Shown here: positions 12,935 through 24,450 of the stretch, piece after piece
How positions within the stretch are numbered: the first letter of the stretch is position 1
Layout of the letters: each line of letters begins with the position of its first letter
Assembly: GCA_002269645.1 (NCBI GenBank)
Contig: NIVC01000011.1
Span: forward strand, 368,647-432,646
Source: Macrostomum lignano
Taxonomy: Eukaryota
Reading direction: 5' to 3'
Length of the DNA stretch: 64,000 bases
The notes under the pieces: model-generated
Database searches by the model: none
Told to the model about the DNA's origin: nothing
What the model saw: only the letters and a program-made list of their open reading frames with translations
Program-made: the position numbers and the translations under genes

Positions 12935-15900
12935 CTACAGCTCGTCAGGCAAATCCATAAATCGAATGTCTCCGATGAGGTCAGGGGCCCACAGGTCAGC
13001 GGTCACTGGGCGAGTCCGGCCGATTGCGTCACACTGTTGGAGGATCTGTCCGCCTTGGCTTTGATGAGGATATTGATGCTGCAGAGTTGACCGCTTGCGG
13101 AGTCTGAAAGTCAGATTTAATTACGAAAGGAATGATGAAGATGAGAGTTAGTTTTAAGGTGACCCATTTGGCTTTGAGATGCTATATGAATTCACATAGG
13201 CTACATTAATAAGGCATCGAGCTACCCAGGTCTGGAAATGTGTGCAGCTCTGTTTATTATGGTCACTGCACCATCGCTCCCAGATTACTGTATGTAGTTC
13301 AGTTTGGTCACTGCACCATCGCTCCCAGCTTACTGTATGTAGTTCAGTTTGGTCACTGCACCATCGCTCCCAGTTTACTGTATGTAGTTCAGTTTGGTCA
13401 CTGCACCATCGCTCCCAGTTTACTGTATGTAGTTCAGTTTGGTCACTGCACCATCGCTCCCAGTTTACTGTATGTAGTTCAGTTTGGTCACTGCACCATC
13501 GCTCCCAGTTTACTGTATGTAGTTCAGTTTGGTCACTGCACCATCGCTCCCAGCTTACTGTATGTAGTTCAGTTTGGTCACTGCACCATCGCTCCCAGTT
13601 TACTGTATGTAGTTCAGTTTGGTCACTGCACCATCGCTCCCAGTTTACTGTATGTAGTTCAGTTTGGTCACTGCACCATCGCTCCCAGTTTACTGTATGT
13701 AGTTCAGTTTGGTCACTGCACCATCGCTCCCAGATTACTGTGTGTAGTTCAGTTTGATCACTGCACCATCGCTCCCAGTTTACTGTATGTAGTTCAGTTT
13801 GGTCACTGCACCATCGCTCCCAGTTTACTGTATGTAGTTCAGTTTGGTCACTGCACCATCGCTCCCAGTTTACTGTATGTAGTTCAGCTTGGTCACTGCA
13901 CCATCGCTCCCAGTTTACTGTATGTACATGTAGTTCAGCTTGGTCACTGCACCATCGCTCCCAGTTTACTGTATGTAGAATTCAGTTTGGTCACTGCACC
14001 ATCGCTCCCAGTTTACTGTATGTAGAATTCAGTTTGGTCACTGCAACATCGCTCCCAGTTTACTGCATGTAGTTCTTCTTCTTTGTAGCCTATAGGTGCG
14101 TTACTATGATTGCTTCATTGTCCCTATACCTATAAGCTGTCACAGTTATAGTTAGTAAAATCTACCTCATCGAAGTCGGCCTGCCTTGTTGTCCGTGGGT
14201 TCGGCGATTCCCCGCACGCCTCAGCTCATCTCCGTTGGCGCTGACTGCTCTGGGACCGGTGGCGAAGGCTCTAACGGACTGCTGGTACACGTAGCTGATG
14301 AAGCGAGTCAGTACACGCTGCCGTCTACCCGACGCTTCAACTCGACCCCGGCCAACGAACATCAGCCAGGTGACCGCTCTCAGAAACTGCCGCTCGCTCA
14401 GACAGTAGAGCGCAAAATTAACGGCAAAGTTGGCGCAGCTCAGGGTGGCGCTCACCGCCAGAGAGTCGGCCGCCAGCGGACTGCAGTGCGACCGAGGACT
14501 CGCCACCAGCATGACAACGTGATGCACAGCTAATGGAAAGTTCAGCGCCAGGAAAGTTGCAGAAATCAGCAGCAGCTTCCTAGTTGCTAATCGTTCGCTG
14601 CGACTGCTCTCAGCTTTGGCCCAGGCGGAGGAGTTCGTGAGATGCGGCTCCAGTCTGCGGGCTCGAATCCGGCGCCAGATTAGTGCGTTACAAGCGGCCG
14701 TGATGAGGAAGGGCGCCACGCACCTCAACAGGGTGTAGGAGGTCACGGAAGCGGCGTGAAGTGGCACCCTAAAGGGTTGTAAAAACTTCTAGCTAAATTA
14801 GACAATTTGTAGTAAAAAACGATATTGCTTGATTCGTCTACTCATAGCAGAAATACGAGAAAGATTGGCGAAAAGTACGATTAGTTCAAAGACACCGAAG
14901 CGAAGGAGAATGACAAAATATCTGTTTAAAATCTTTAACTGCTAACCAAAACCTGGTTGCAAGCTGAACTTTTCTGTTCCGACTGCTTAATCACATACGA
15001 GTACATCACATACGAGTACATCACATACGATTAGATCACATACGAGTAGATCACATACGAGTACATCACATACGAGTACATCACATACGAGTACATCGAC
15101 ATTCCGTCACAACATCCTACCGTGACATCATCCCATCATGGCATCTTATTCTATCATCCCAACCCTGTCTAAAGTCCCGTTAACGTTTCTGTCCCGTTCC
15201 CATCATCTCAACCCCTTCATCAGTCATCTAGCCAAGCCAGAATCTGGCACCTCGCGTGGCAGCCTCCACCCGCAGTGGAGCCGGTCCCATTCCCGCTCAG
15301 TCCCGTCCTCGACTCCTCTAAGCTAAACAGCGCCGGGATGCAGGCCAGGCAGGAGCTCGAAGCCACGGCAAGCGCCACCGCGGCTTGTCTCAGACGATTT
15401 CGTCTGGTTGGCAGCAGCGGCGCCAGCACTGCAGCGCAGCGCTCCAGACTGAACAGCACGATAAAGCCAGTGGCAACCAGGGGAGCAGCTTGAGCAGCGT
15501 AGAGTCTGAGCACGCAAGTCGGATAGGAGTTGAGGCTGACACCGATGGCAGCAGGATGGTTGCTAGGCAACTGCAGGGCGTGCGCGGTGAGCAGCTCGAG
15601 AGTGAGCGGCAGTCCGGAGAGCAGCAGCGCGCAGCAGTCGGCCACGCTGAGACAGCGCAGGTACAGGGAGCCGTGACAGCCAAAGGATCTGCTCCGACTG
15701 CGGCCCGTCAGCACCAGGTAGGCGAGGCTGTTGCCTGTGTATTCGAGTTGAGCGAAACTAATTGCTGTGAATTAGACACTGCTGACGATGAATTAGACAC
15801 TGCTGACAATGAATTAGACACTGCTGACAATGAATTAGACACTGCTGACAATGAATTAGACACTACCAACAATGAATTAGACACTGCTGACAATGAATTA

Positions 15901-16399
15901 GACACTGCTGACAATGAATTAGACAATTACTAACAATGAACTAGACACTGCTGACAATGAATTAGACAATTACTGACAATGAATTAGACAATTACTAACA
16001 ATGAATTAGACACTGCTGACAATGAATTAGACAATTACTGACAATGAATTAGAAACTACCAACAATGAATTAGACACTGCTGACAATGAATTAGACAATT
16101 ACTGACAATGAATTAGACACTACCAACAATGAATTAGACACTGCTGACAATGAATTAGACACTACTCACAATGAATTAGACACTACCAACAATGAATTAG
16201 ACACTGCTGACAATGAGTTAGACACTACTCACAATGAGTTAGACACTACTCACAATGAGTTAGACACTGTTAACAATAGATTAGAGAAACAATACAATTG
16301 ATGACCCACAACAATCTTACCAACTAAACCAATAGCCGTGATCAGCAAGTTGAACACAATGCAAGTCCATAGTACAGGTTTATGTGCTAAATTCAGCAT
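12935..16399 (-). CDS. Rhodopsin-class (class A) GPCR, FMRFamide/peptide-receptor-like, about 444 aa; exons 16399-16321, 15734-15251, 14768-14166, 13103-12935
   Basis: Spliced product has TM1 ..IGLVG|NSLAYLVL, TM2 LYLRCLSVAD, TM3 FSLERCAAV (DRY variant), TM6 ATFLALNFP and TM7 NFAVNFALYC. All three introns are GT-AG with matching phases (G|GC, AG|G, AG|A); total 1335 nt = 445 codons. The intron-2 donor (GTGCCA) is weak and an extra 5' exon is possible. Confidence 0.88.
13261..14070. repeat. 45-bp minisatellite (GGTCACTGCACCATCGCTCCCAGTTTACTGTATGTAGTTCAGTTT)n, about 18 copies, in GPCR intron 3
   Basis: Near-identical tandem units. Confidence 0.97.
14988..15097. repeat. 15-bp minisatellite (GTACATCACATACGA)n in GPCR intron 2
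   Basis: About 7 units. Confidence 0.92.
15765..16270. repeat. 21-bp minisatellite (AATGAATTAGACACTGCTGAC)n in GPCR intron 1
   Basis: About 24 units. Confidence 0.95.
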
Positions 16400-17744
16400 G
16401 TGAATTCTGAAACATTTTGTAAGCTTATTTTGAAATTCGATTTCAGTAATTTTCTTTAAACGAATATAAAATATCTTCAATTTTTCTCACCCATCTGCGC
16501 AGGCATTGTCGAATGTTGTAAGCGATTTGATCACCATTATTGCATGGAGCTGTTAACCCAAACAGTCAGACAGATTTCAAATTCAGATTGAAGCGCCTTA
16601 GATCCAGCATCTCTGCATTCGACTGATTATTAATATTGCCCGATAAAACCCTATGGTCTGATGCAGTAGTGCTGCCATTCGCTCATCAGATATTGAATAA
16701 TCACCTTTACTAAATATCCCAGGTGGTAAAGGTTTGTAGTGTCAACAGGAATCAATTAAATACCGACCAAGTCAAGAAGTTTTCTGCAACTTCGTTGTGG
16801 AACGGGTTTGCGCTTTGGGGTACAAAGATTGCCTACTAACGAGTAGCGAGAAAGGCCATGGGGTGCTATAATCGTCGTCAACTTCACCTTTTCTAACCGG
16901 GTCTGAATTCATTTGATTTGTACCATGCCTTTCCACCCAAACTTTTGTACCCAGCTATGTACTCAACTTTCAGTTCCAACTGTGCACGAATGTTTATGAC
17001 CATTAGCTCTCGTATTTATCGATGCAACCCACTAGATAATCCAACATTGTATATATTCTCTATGCTAGCGTCTGTGTCATTATTCCATAGTTGTTCAAGT
17101 GGTCGCTATTTTCACACTTTTGAGCAACGGTCACGGTGAAAAGAAGCCAAGTGGGACATACCATAGAAAGCCAGAGCCTAGAGGAGGAGTGCATGGAAGC
17201 CAGAGCCAATATTTGGCCATAGACAACTTGGCAGAGGCAAAGGCTTTAAGAGCATTGTACGGTAAGAAGAGGCTAGAGAGGACTAACTAGACAGAAAGAA
17301 GTGATAAGAAGCCATGTCGGATCTCTGATTGTAATATACAACTACTGTGCGAGTTGAAGCTAATCACTGAGTCGAGTGTAAAAGAACACCACGACGACAA
17401 AGGCTTGGGGGAATGGAACTTGTATGATATAAGGTGCGTTCAACTTCACTGAATGATTCCTGACGATCCCTGACGATATTCGAAGTGGAAGAAATGCATC
17501 GGCAATAGAATAATATAATACTAAACTAGCAATCTAGTGCCCCCTTCATGTCGGCCAATAAGCAAGGAGCAAAAATTATTCATGCAAATCCATTACGAAA
17601 GCACATTTTCTTAAAAACCAATTCCTTCTTCAGTTTTATAAATCACCCTATTCGAGTAAAATTGTCACGGACAAAGACGTTTGATATGAGTCTCTTTTTA
17701 TAAAAGTAACAAAAGGACGCAACAAAATAAAGCGTTCACAAAGA

Positions 17745-18300
17745 TAGCAAGCATCCCCGATAGCAAGCAACCCCAGACAGCAAGCATCTCCCAGAATCAG
17801 ATAGCCAGCAACCCCCTCCGAGAGCAAGCAGCCCCAGATAGCAAGCAGCCCCTCCGAGAGCAAGCAACCCCAACCCCCTCCGAGAGCAAGCAACCCCAAC
17901 CCCCTCCGAGAGCAAGCAACCCCAACCGCCTCCGAGAGCAAGCAACCCCAACCGCCTCCGAGAGCAAGCAACCCCAACCCCCTCCGAGAGCAAGCAACCC
18001 CAACCGCCTCCGAGAGCAAGCAACCCCAACCCCCTCCGAGAGCAAGCAACCCCAACCCCCTCCGAGAGCAAGCAACCCCAACCCCCTCCGAGAGCAAGCA
18101 ACCCCAGATAGCAAGCAACCCCCTCCGAGAGCAAGCAACCCCAGATAGCAAGCATCCCCATCCGAGAGCAAGCAACCCCAGATAGCAAGCATCCGCCAGA
18201 TAGAAAGCGTCCCTAAATAGCAAGCATCCCTGGATAAAAAGAATTCCTAGATAGCAAGCACACCCCTCCCCTGAGAGCAATATAGATAGCAAGCATCCAC
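17745..18300. repeat. About 26-bp minisatellite (CCGAGAGCAAGCAACCCCAACCCCCT)n with degenerate flanks
   Basis: Tandem units visible. Confidence 0.9.
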
Positions 18301-18744
18301 CAGACAGCACTATATACTTACTTTGACAGTAATATTTACTTTCTATTAGCGAGCTACTTTTCCTATGTTGATTCCTATTAATGGATTGTTGATCAAAGTG
18401 ACACTGCTTGCAATCGATGCATTTGCGTTACTGATCTAGAAGTTTTTCAGTAGTAAACATGAAAATTAAGGCGCTATACGGTATAAACTCGCAGATTTTC
18501 GTTAAGTACGAGCTAAATCTTGATTTTTCAGTTTAAAAACTAGCTAGAAAATTATCCAATAGAATAACAGGTGGCTGATTATTTAGGCTTTGTCTCCATG
18601 GTATACTGAGATGATTCTACTTGTATGCGGGTGAGTGATTATTATTAACAGTTCGAAAACATTTTTAATATTAGCAAACACCCATAGCTGATATTGTAAT
18701 TTGACAGCACAGTGAATAAACAGCAAAGAATCAACATGATTCCG

Positions 18745-19000
18745 GCTACATTTTGACAGCAGAGTCGGGTTACATTTTGACGGCAGAGTCGAGTTACATT
18801 TTGACAACAGAGTCGGGTTACATTTTGACAACAGAGTCGGGTTACATTTTGACAACAGAGTCGGGTTACATTTTGACAACAGAGTCGGGTTACATTTTGA
18901 CAACAGAGTCGGGTTACATTTTGACAACAGATTTGGGTTACAATTTGACAACAGAGTCGGGTTACATTTTGACAACAGATTTGGGTTACATTTTGACAGC
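18745..19000. repeat. 24-bp minisatellite (GGGTTACATTTTGACAACAGAGTC)n, about 11 copies, 3' of fibrinogen-domain gene A
   Basis: Tandem units; same family as 21085-21845. Confidence 0.95.
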
Positions 19001-19248
19001 AAAGTGACAGAAAAAGTCGGGTTATCGATTGGTGACAGAAAAGTTCAACGGCAGTCAAGGTACATTTTGAAAATTGGGAGACGTTCAAAAATAATCGGCA
19101 TTAGTTGACAATTCTATAAAATAAAACTTGTTTTTACTTATTTCAAAGAGACTTTTGCTTCCAAAGTAAATATGAGACCTGCTACGGCTTTGATTAGAAG
19201 TGAAAAACTAATTGCAGGACAGTGTTCTTTGCGTTAAAAATCATTTCT

Positions 19249-20261
19249 TCAATTTTCCGGGGCAGTGTCCATCAGCAGGCACTCGAATGTCTTCATGGAG
19301 TGTCTGTAGTCCAACGGATACATGCTGGGATCAGGTGAAGCAGAACCCGAAAACGAGATTCCCAAGTTAGCCAAGCCGTATCCAGGCAAATCCAGAGCTT
19401 TCGGGGACTGTAGTAAATTCCGTTCGGATTGAAGCAAAAGCAGCTCTTGAACCACCATCCGCTTCCATACAGGTTAGCGCAAGAGACGCCAGAATTGCCA
19501 TCTTGATCAACGTCCGGAGTGGAAAACTTTTGGTTGTCCATGGACTGCCAGCCGTTCTTCCGACACTCAATGACATTGGACCGATCGACGTCCTGTTCAC
19601 CGACGGTGACTCGATATCCCTGACTGGCGTCCTCGACAATGAGCTCGGCGTTCTCCCACCACCACCAGCTGCCGTTCCACGAGCTCATCTCCCACCTCAC
19701 TCTCCTGTCGCCAGCTCGAGTGAGCAGGTGGATCGCCTGCAGACCCATCCAGAAGTTTCTGTCCTCGCCCTGTCCGAAGCCGGACACGTAGTCTGTCCAG
19801 TCACGGTTGAAGTCGACAGTCGCGTCTACTCTGTGCTGGAAGGTGCGCCAACACCAGCTCGCTCCAAGGCTTTCCAGCCGCCTCACCTTGAAAGAATAAG
19901 CGGAAAGATGCTCTCTAACTTTCATATTTATTCAGCTGTATTGCAGCACATGTTGAACAAAGTTTCTTACCATGAGCAGAGGCAGTCCGGATTTCGCAGC
20001 GTTCCGGCACTTCCTGCAGCCGCTCCGACCCAGACGGCAGCTCAGCAGCCGGCAGACGGCTTCATCGCTTGAGAATGAGACGGCTTGGTGCCGCTCGCTG
20101 GCCAGAGACGCGCACTGGATGCGGCTTGCGGTGCGGACCGCGCGGTCAACCAGGTACTCGGCGAGGTCGTCTCTCTGAGCTCGCCACTCGGAGCTCATGA
20201 AGGTAGCAGCAGCCACAGATGCAGAGCCAATGAATAAAGCTAAGATATTGATGTGCAGCAT
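19249..20261 (-). pseudogene. Secreted PAN/apple-like + fibrinogen-related domain (FReD) gene, copy A; exons 20261-19971 and 19886-19249; 1-nt deletion near 19403-19406 (pseudogene, truncated allele or sequencing error)
   Basis: Signal peptide MLHINILALFIGSASVAAA; FReD motifs FQHRVDATVDFNRDW..Y..GFG, FWMGLQAIHLLT, KFST.D.DQD, CA.LYGSGWWFKSC. Exon 2 is 638 nt versus 639 nt in paralog B, whose C-terminus reappears in the shifted frame. Confidence 0.85.
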
Positions 20262-21084
20262 CGCTGTGTTTCTTCCTCGTTCAGTTCCTACTCGCTGGCT
20301 AAAAGATGCTTGGGAATAGTCTTACTGATTCTTTTATTGACTTGCAGCTTAGCTTGCCTAGCTTACACTTCCGGGAACTATATTTTTCTTTCTATTGTGA
20401 ATTTGACTCGGTTTCGATCTAATAGTACTAGCTTTCATAAGCTGTGACAATGTTTTGTCAGTGAATATGCAAAAGAAAAATTAAGCGGCTCAAGTCGGAA
20501 ACTTTTGGCATGGAGCTCCGGATGCAGATGCATGGTTAATCCTTGTCAAAGATGCAACACGGAACCAACTTGCATTGCACAAAGCCCCAGCAATAGGCAT
20601 CGGGGTGGGGTGTTTGATCTACTTCCTGGTGCAGATGCAGCGTTTCTTGCTACCTTCTAGAAGAACCCCTCCCTAGCTGGTTGCAGAAGCATCGATCCAT
20701 AACACTTCACGTTCCTAGCTCGATACTTCCACGCCTGTTAACTAGTTTACTTGCGGCAACTTTCTCATATTGTCATGCTCTGCGGATGCCAGAAAAAACT
20801 TTGAATTTTCCTAGCTGGACACTCATTTTTCTCCTCAGTCCTGAATCTAGACTCCTATAGACTTCTATACTAGACTACTTTTACGTACAGCAGCTCCTGC
20901 TTGTGATCTAACGCTTCTCATATTATGCTGACGACTCTTATTCATGGATTGTTGAAGAATCTGGAATATTCGATGCGACAGCGACACTCTAAGAAATTTT
21001 TCGATCATTTACAGGAACGTTCACTACTACTATTACAACGTCAAATGGGTATCGCTATTTACAGAGACATTGACTGTATAAATT

Positions 21085-21845
21085 GGGTTACATTTTGAAA
21101 ACGGAGTCGGGTTACATTTTGACAACAGATTTGGATTACATTTTGACAACAGATTTGGATTACATTTTGACAACAGATTCGGATTACATTTTGACAACAG
21201 ATTTGGATTACATTTTGACAACAGATTTGGGTTACATTTTGACAACAGATTTGGGTTACATTTTGCCAACAGATCCGGATTACATTTTGACAACAGATTT
21301 GGGTTACATTTTGACAACAGATTTGGGTTACATTTTGACAACAGATTCGGATTACATTTTGACAACAGATTTGGATTACATTTTGACAACAGATTCGGAT
21401 TACATTTTGACAACAGATTTGGGTTACATTTTGACAGCAGATTCGGATTACATTTTGACAACAGATTTGGGTTACATTTTGACAACAGATTTGGGTTACA
21501 TTTTGACAACAGATTTGGATTACATTTTGACAACAGATTTGGATTACATTTTGACAACAGATTTGGATTACATTTTGACAACAGATTCGGATTACATTTT
21601 GACAACAGATTTGGATTACATTTTGACAACAGATTTGGGTTACATTTTGACAACAGATTCGGATTACATTTTGACAACAGATTCGGATTACATTTTGACA
21701 ACAGATTCGGATTACATTTTGACGACAGAGTCGGGTTACATTTTGCCGGCAGAGTCGGGTTACATTTTGCCGGCAGAGTCGGGTTACATTTTGACAACAG
21801 AGTCGGGTTTCATTTTGACAGCAGAGTCGGGTTACATTTTGACAA
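21085..21845. repeat. 24-bp minisatellite (GGGTTACATTTTGACAACAGATTT)n, about 32 copies, 3' of fibrinogen-domain gene B
   Basis: Tandem units visible. Confidence 0.96.
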
Positions 21846-22130
21846 CATTTGACGTCGGGTAACGTTTCGACTGCAAAAAGACAGAAAATTGGGGTTACCG
21901 ATCGTTGACAAAGAATTCAACGGCAGAGACAAGGTACTCTCGCGCATTTTGACAATTGTGAGATATTCGAAAACAATGGGCATGCGTGACATGTTTTTCG
22001 AAACTAAAATTATTTTTATTAGATTCCATAGGACTATTGTTTCCGACTGAAATATTAAAGCTGCTACAGCTTTGAAAGAAGTGAAAAAAACTATTTCTGA
22101 GTAAGTGTTCTTTGCGTCAGAATTATTTAC

Positions 22131-23154
22131 TTAATTTTCTGGGGCAGTGTCCATCAGCAGGCACTCGAACGTCTTCATGGACTGGCGGTAATCCAACGGA
22201 TACATGCTGGGATCAGGTGGAACAGAACCCGAAAACGAGATTCCAAAGCTTAATAAATCATATCGGGACAAATCCAGAGCTGTCGGAGGACTGTAGTAAA
22301 TTCCGTTCGGATTGAAGCAGAAACAGCTCTTGAACCACCATCCGCTTCGATACAGGTTAGCGCATGAGCCATACGAATAGGAATCTTGATCGTTGCCCTT
22401 AGTGGAAAACTTTTGGTTGTCCATGGACTCCAAGGCGTTCTTCGGACACTCAATGACGTTGGACCGATCGACATCCTGTTTACCGACGGTGACTCGATAC
22501 TCCTGACTGGCATCCTCGACAATGAGCACGGCGTTCTCCCACCACCACCAGCTGCCGTTCCACGAGCTCATCTCCCATCTCACTCTCCTGTCGCCAGCTC
22601 GAGTGAGCAGGTGGATCGCCTGCAGACCCATCCAGAAGTTTCTGTCCTCACCCTGTCCGAACCCGGACACGTAGTCTGTCCAGTCACGGTTGAAGTCGAC
22701 AGTCGCGTCTACTCTGTGCTGGAAGGTGCGCCAGCACCAGCTCGCTCCGAGGCTTTCCAGCCGCTTTACCTTAAAAGAATAAGCGGGTATGATATGTTTT
22801 CGCTTTCATATTTATGCAACTGTATTGCAGCACATGTTGAACAAAGTTTCTAACCATGAGCAGAGGCAGTCCAGCGTTCGCAGCGTTCCGGCACTTCCTG
22901 CAGCCGCTCCGGCCCAGGCGGCAGCGCAGCAGCCGGCAGACTCCTTCATCGCTTGAGAATGAGACGGCTTGGTGCCGCTCGCTGGCCAGAGACGCGCACT
23001 GGATGCGGCTTGCGGCGCGGACCGCGCGGTCGAACAGGTACTCGGCGAGGTCGTCTCTCTGAGCTTGCCACTCGGAGCTCTTGAAGCTTCCGGAGCCTTC
23101 AACGAAGCTGCTGATTGCAACTAGAAGTGATATGGTTAGAGGTGCGAGCTGCAT
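22131..23154 (-). CDS. Secreted PAN/apple-like + fibrinogen-related domain protein, copy B, 312 aa; exons 23154-22855 and 22769-22131
   Basis: Signal peptide MQLAPLTISLLVAISSFVEG; RAVRAASRIQCASL..FSSDEGVCRLL PAN-like segment; phase-0 GT-AG intron (GTTAGA..TTTAAG); intact FReD through NPNGIYY. Confidence 0.92.
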
Positions 23155-24294
23155 GATTTTCTAGCTTCTTGTGTCCAAGCTGTTTACTAAAATTCTCGAT
23201 AATGCATTATGCTCGTATATTCGGCAATAAGTATCTTATGGTAGTTTGCTTATAAGCAACAGAAGCTTGCTTCTTGGGTTTCTTGTATTTGCCCTTGGTT
23301 ATTAATTGCGCGCTTGCAAAAAGAAGCAGGTCGAAGATTTTTCTCGGCGGTGACGCCGGTAAGAGGTTGAAGACTCAGCTGCTTTTCGCAATTCTGTCTT
23401 CAAGATGATAAGCGGAATATCTCGAGAATATACCAAGACAATATTCGAATCAAATGGCGATATTCTTCTCAGGATGCTCATAATAAAACTACTTAAGCAT
23501 TTTTTGCATCTTCCATCACCTTTTCACCCCGCTTCTTATAGAAAAAATCAGTTTTCTTGACTCTACGGGAGGACTGAAGACTCGAGCTCTAGCATAAGCG
23601 CACCTGCTTATTTCTCTGACAAGGCAGCGCAACAAAAAAGGTAAATGTTGGAACAAGTGCGCAGGCAAATGACAGCAGCCAAAGTCAACAGTGCTCATCA
23701 ATTATTCTACTCTCCGACACACTTTTCCACCGTTGACGCAAGCAAAGCATCTTCTTTGGTGAGAAATTCACGTATCTGGAAGCGTCTCGGGAAACTGGAG
23801 ACTTCATTTTTCGTCGGTGTACGCTTTGTACACCATTTTGCTCTCATTTCCACTGGACCCTGCCGAAAAGGCGCACTTATACCCAATATAGGTACCAATG
23901 TTTTTTGTTGACTGCAGTAAATATTTCTATTGATTTATGGCTCATGACTTAGTAATTATAAAAAATTTTTGGCACACAGCATTGAAGCAGTTGGAAACGA
24001 CTGGAATGCTTTAGTACCTCCGGCTATTTTAGATTTTCTTTCGTTACCTATACTACTGCCTAGTCTCTTCAGTAAGTAGTATTTAATATATAATAACTAC
24101 TAGTGTAACTCGTAGTGGCTGCCTATTTAAAGACGGCAATCTTCGGACCACCTTAGGGGAGGCAATAAAGGCAATAAAGAAAGGAATATCTTTTTTTGAA
24201 AAAATGTTAAAAGCAATATACTTCCCTACCCTATTGAAGTAATCATCAGCTTTAAAAGCCAGCTATCTAGCCTAAGATATCAGCTTCCCCTTTG

Positions 24295-24450
24295 AATTTT
24301 GGCATCTCAGCATCTCTCCCTCGACCCTTGGCATCTCAAACTCTCGCTTGGCATCTCAGTAACCCCCCCCCCCCTCGACCCTTGGCACCTCAGCATCTCC
24401 CCCTCGACCCTTGGCACCTCAGCATCTCCCCCTCGACCCTTGGCCTCTCA
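24295..24450. repeat. About 28-bp minisatellite (CCCCTCGACCCTTGGCACCTCAGCATCT)n, distantly related to the 30-bp Helitron-associated repeat
   Basis: CTTGGCATCTCAGCATCTCCCC resembles CTTGACATCTCAGCAATTCCCC. Confidence 0.75.

Noticed and set aside
13240-14025. 261-aa and 171-aa repetitive ORFs, and similar ORFs over the 24-, 26-, 30-, 48-bp and GACA arrays
   Set aside because: Pure tandem-repeat translations; this one lies in a GPCR intron on the opposite strand and has no domain signature
13261-14070. CRISPR-like appearance of regularly spaced repeats (also 21085-21845 and 57230-61575)
   Set aside because: Units are contiguous with no unique spacers, there are no cas genes, and the context is eukaryotic
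16880-17010. Possible DIRS-type RNase H remnant on the minus strand (IRELMVINIRAQLELKVEYIAG)
   Set aside because: Only about 20 residues of weak similarity, flanked by stops; not supportable without a profile search
19503-20072. Antisense ORFs over the FReD, QPCT, GPCR and F-box exons (e.g. 189 aa here, 155 aa at 22386)
   Set aside because: Shadow ORFs expected opposite GC-rich coding sequence; no independent motifs
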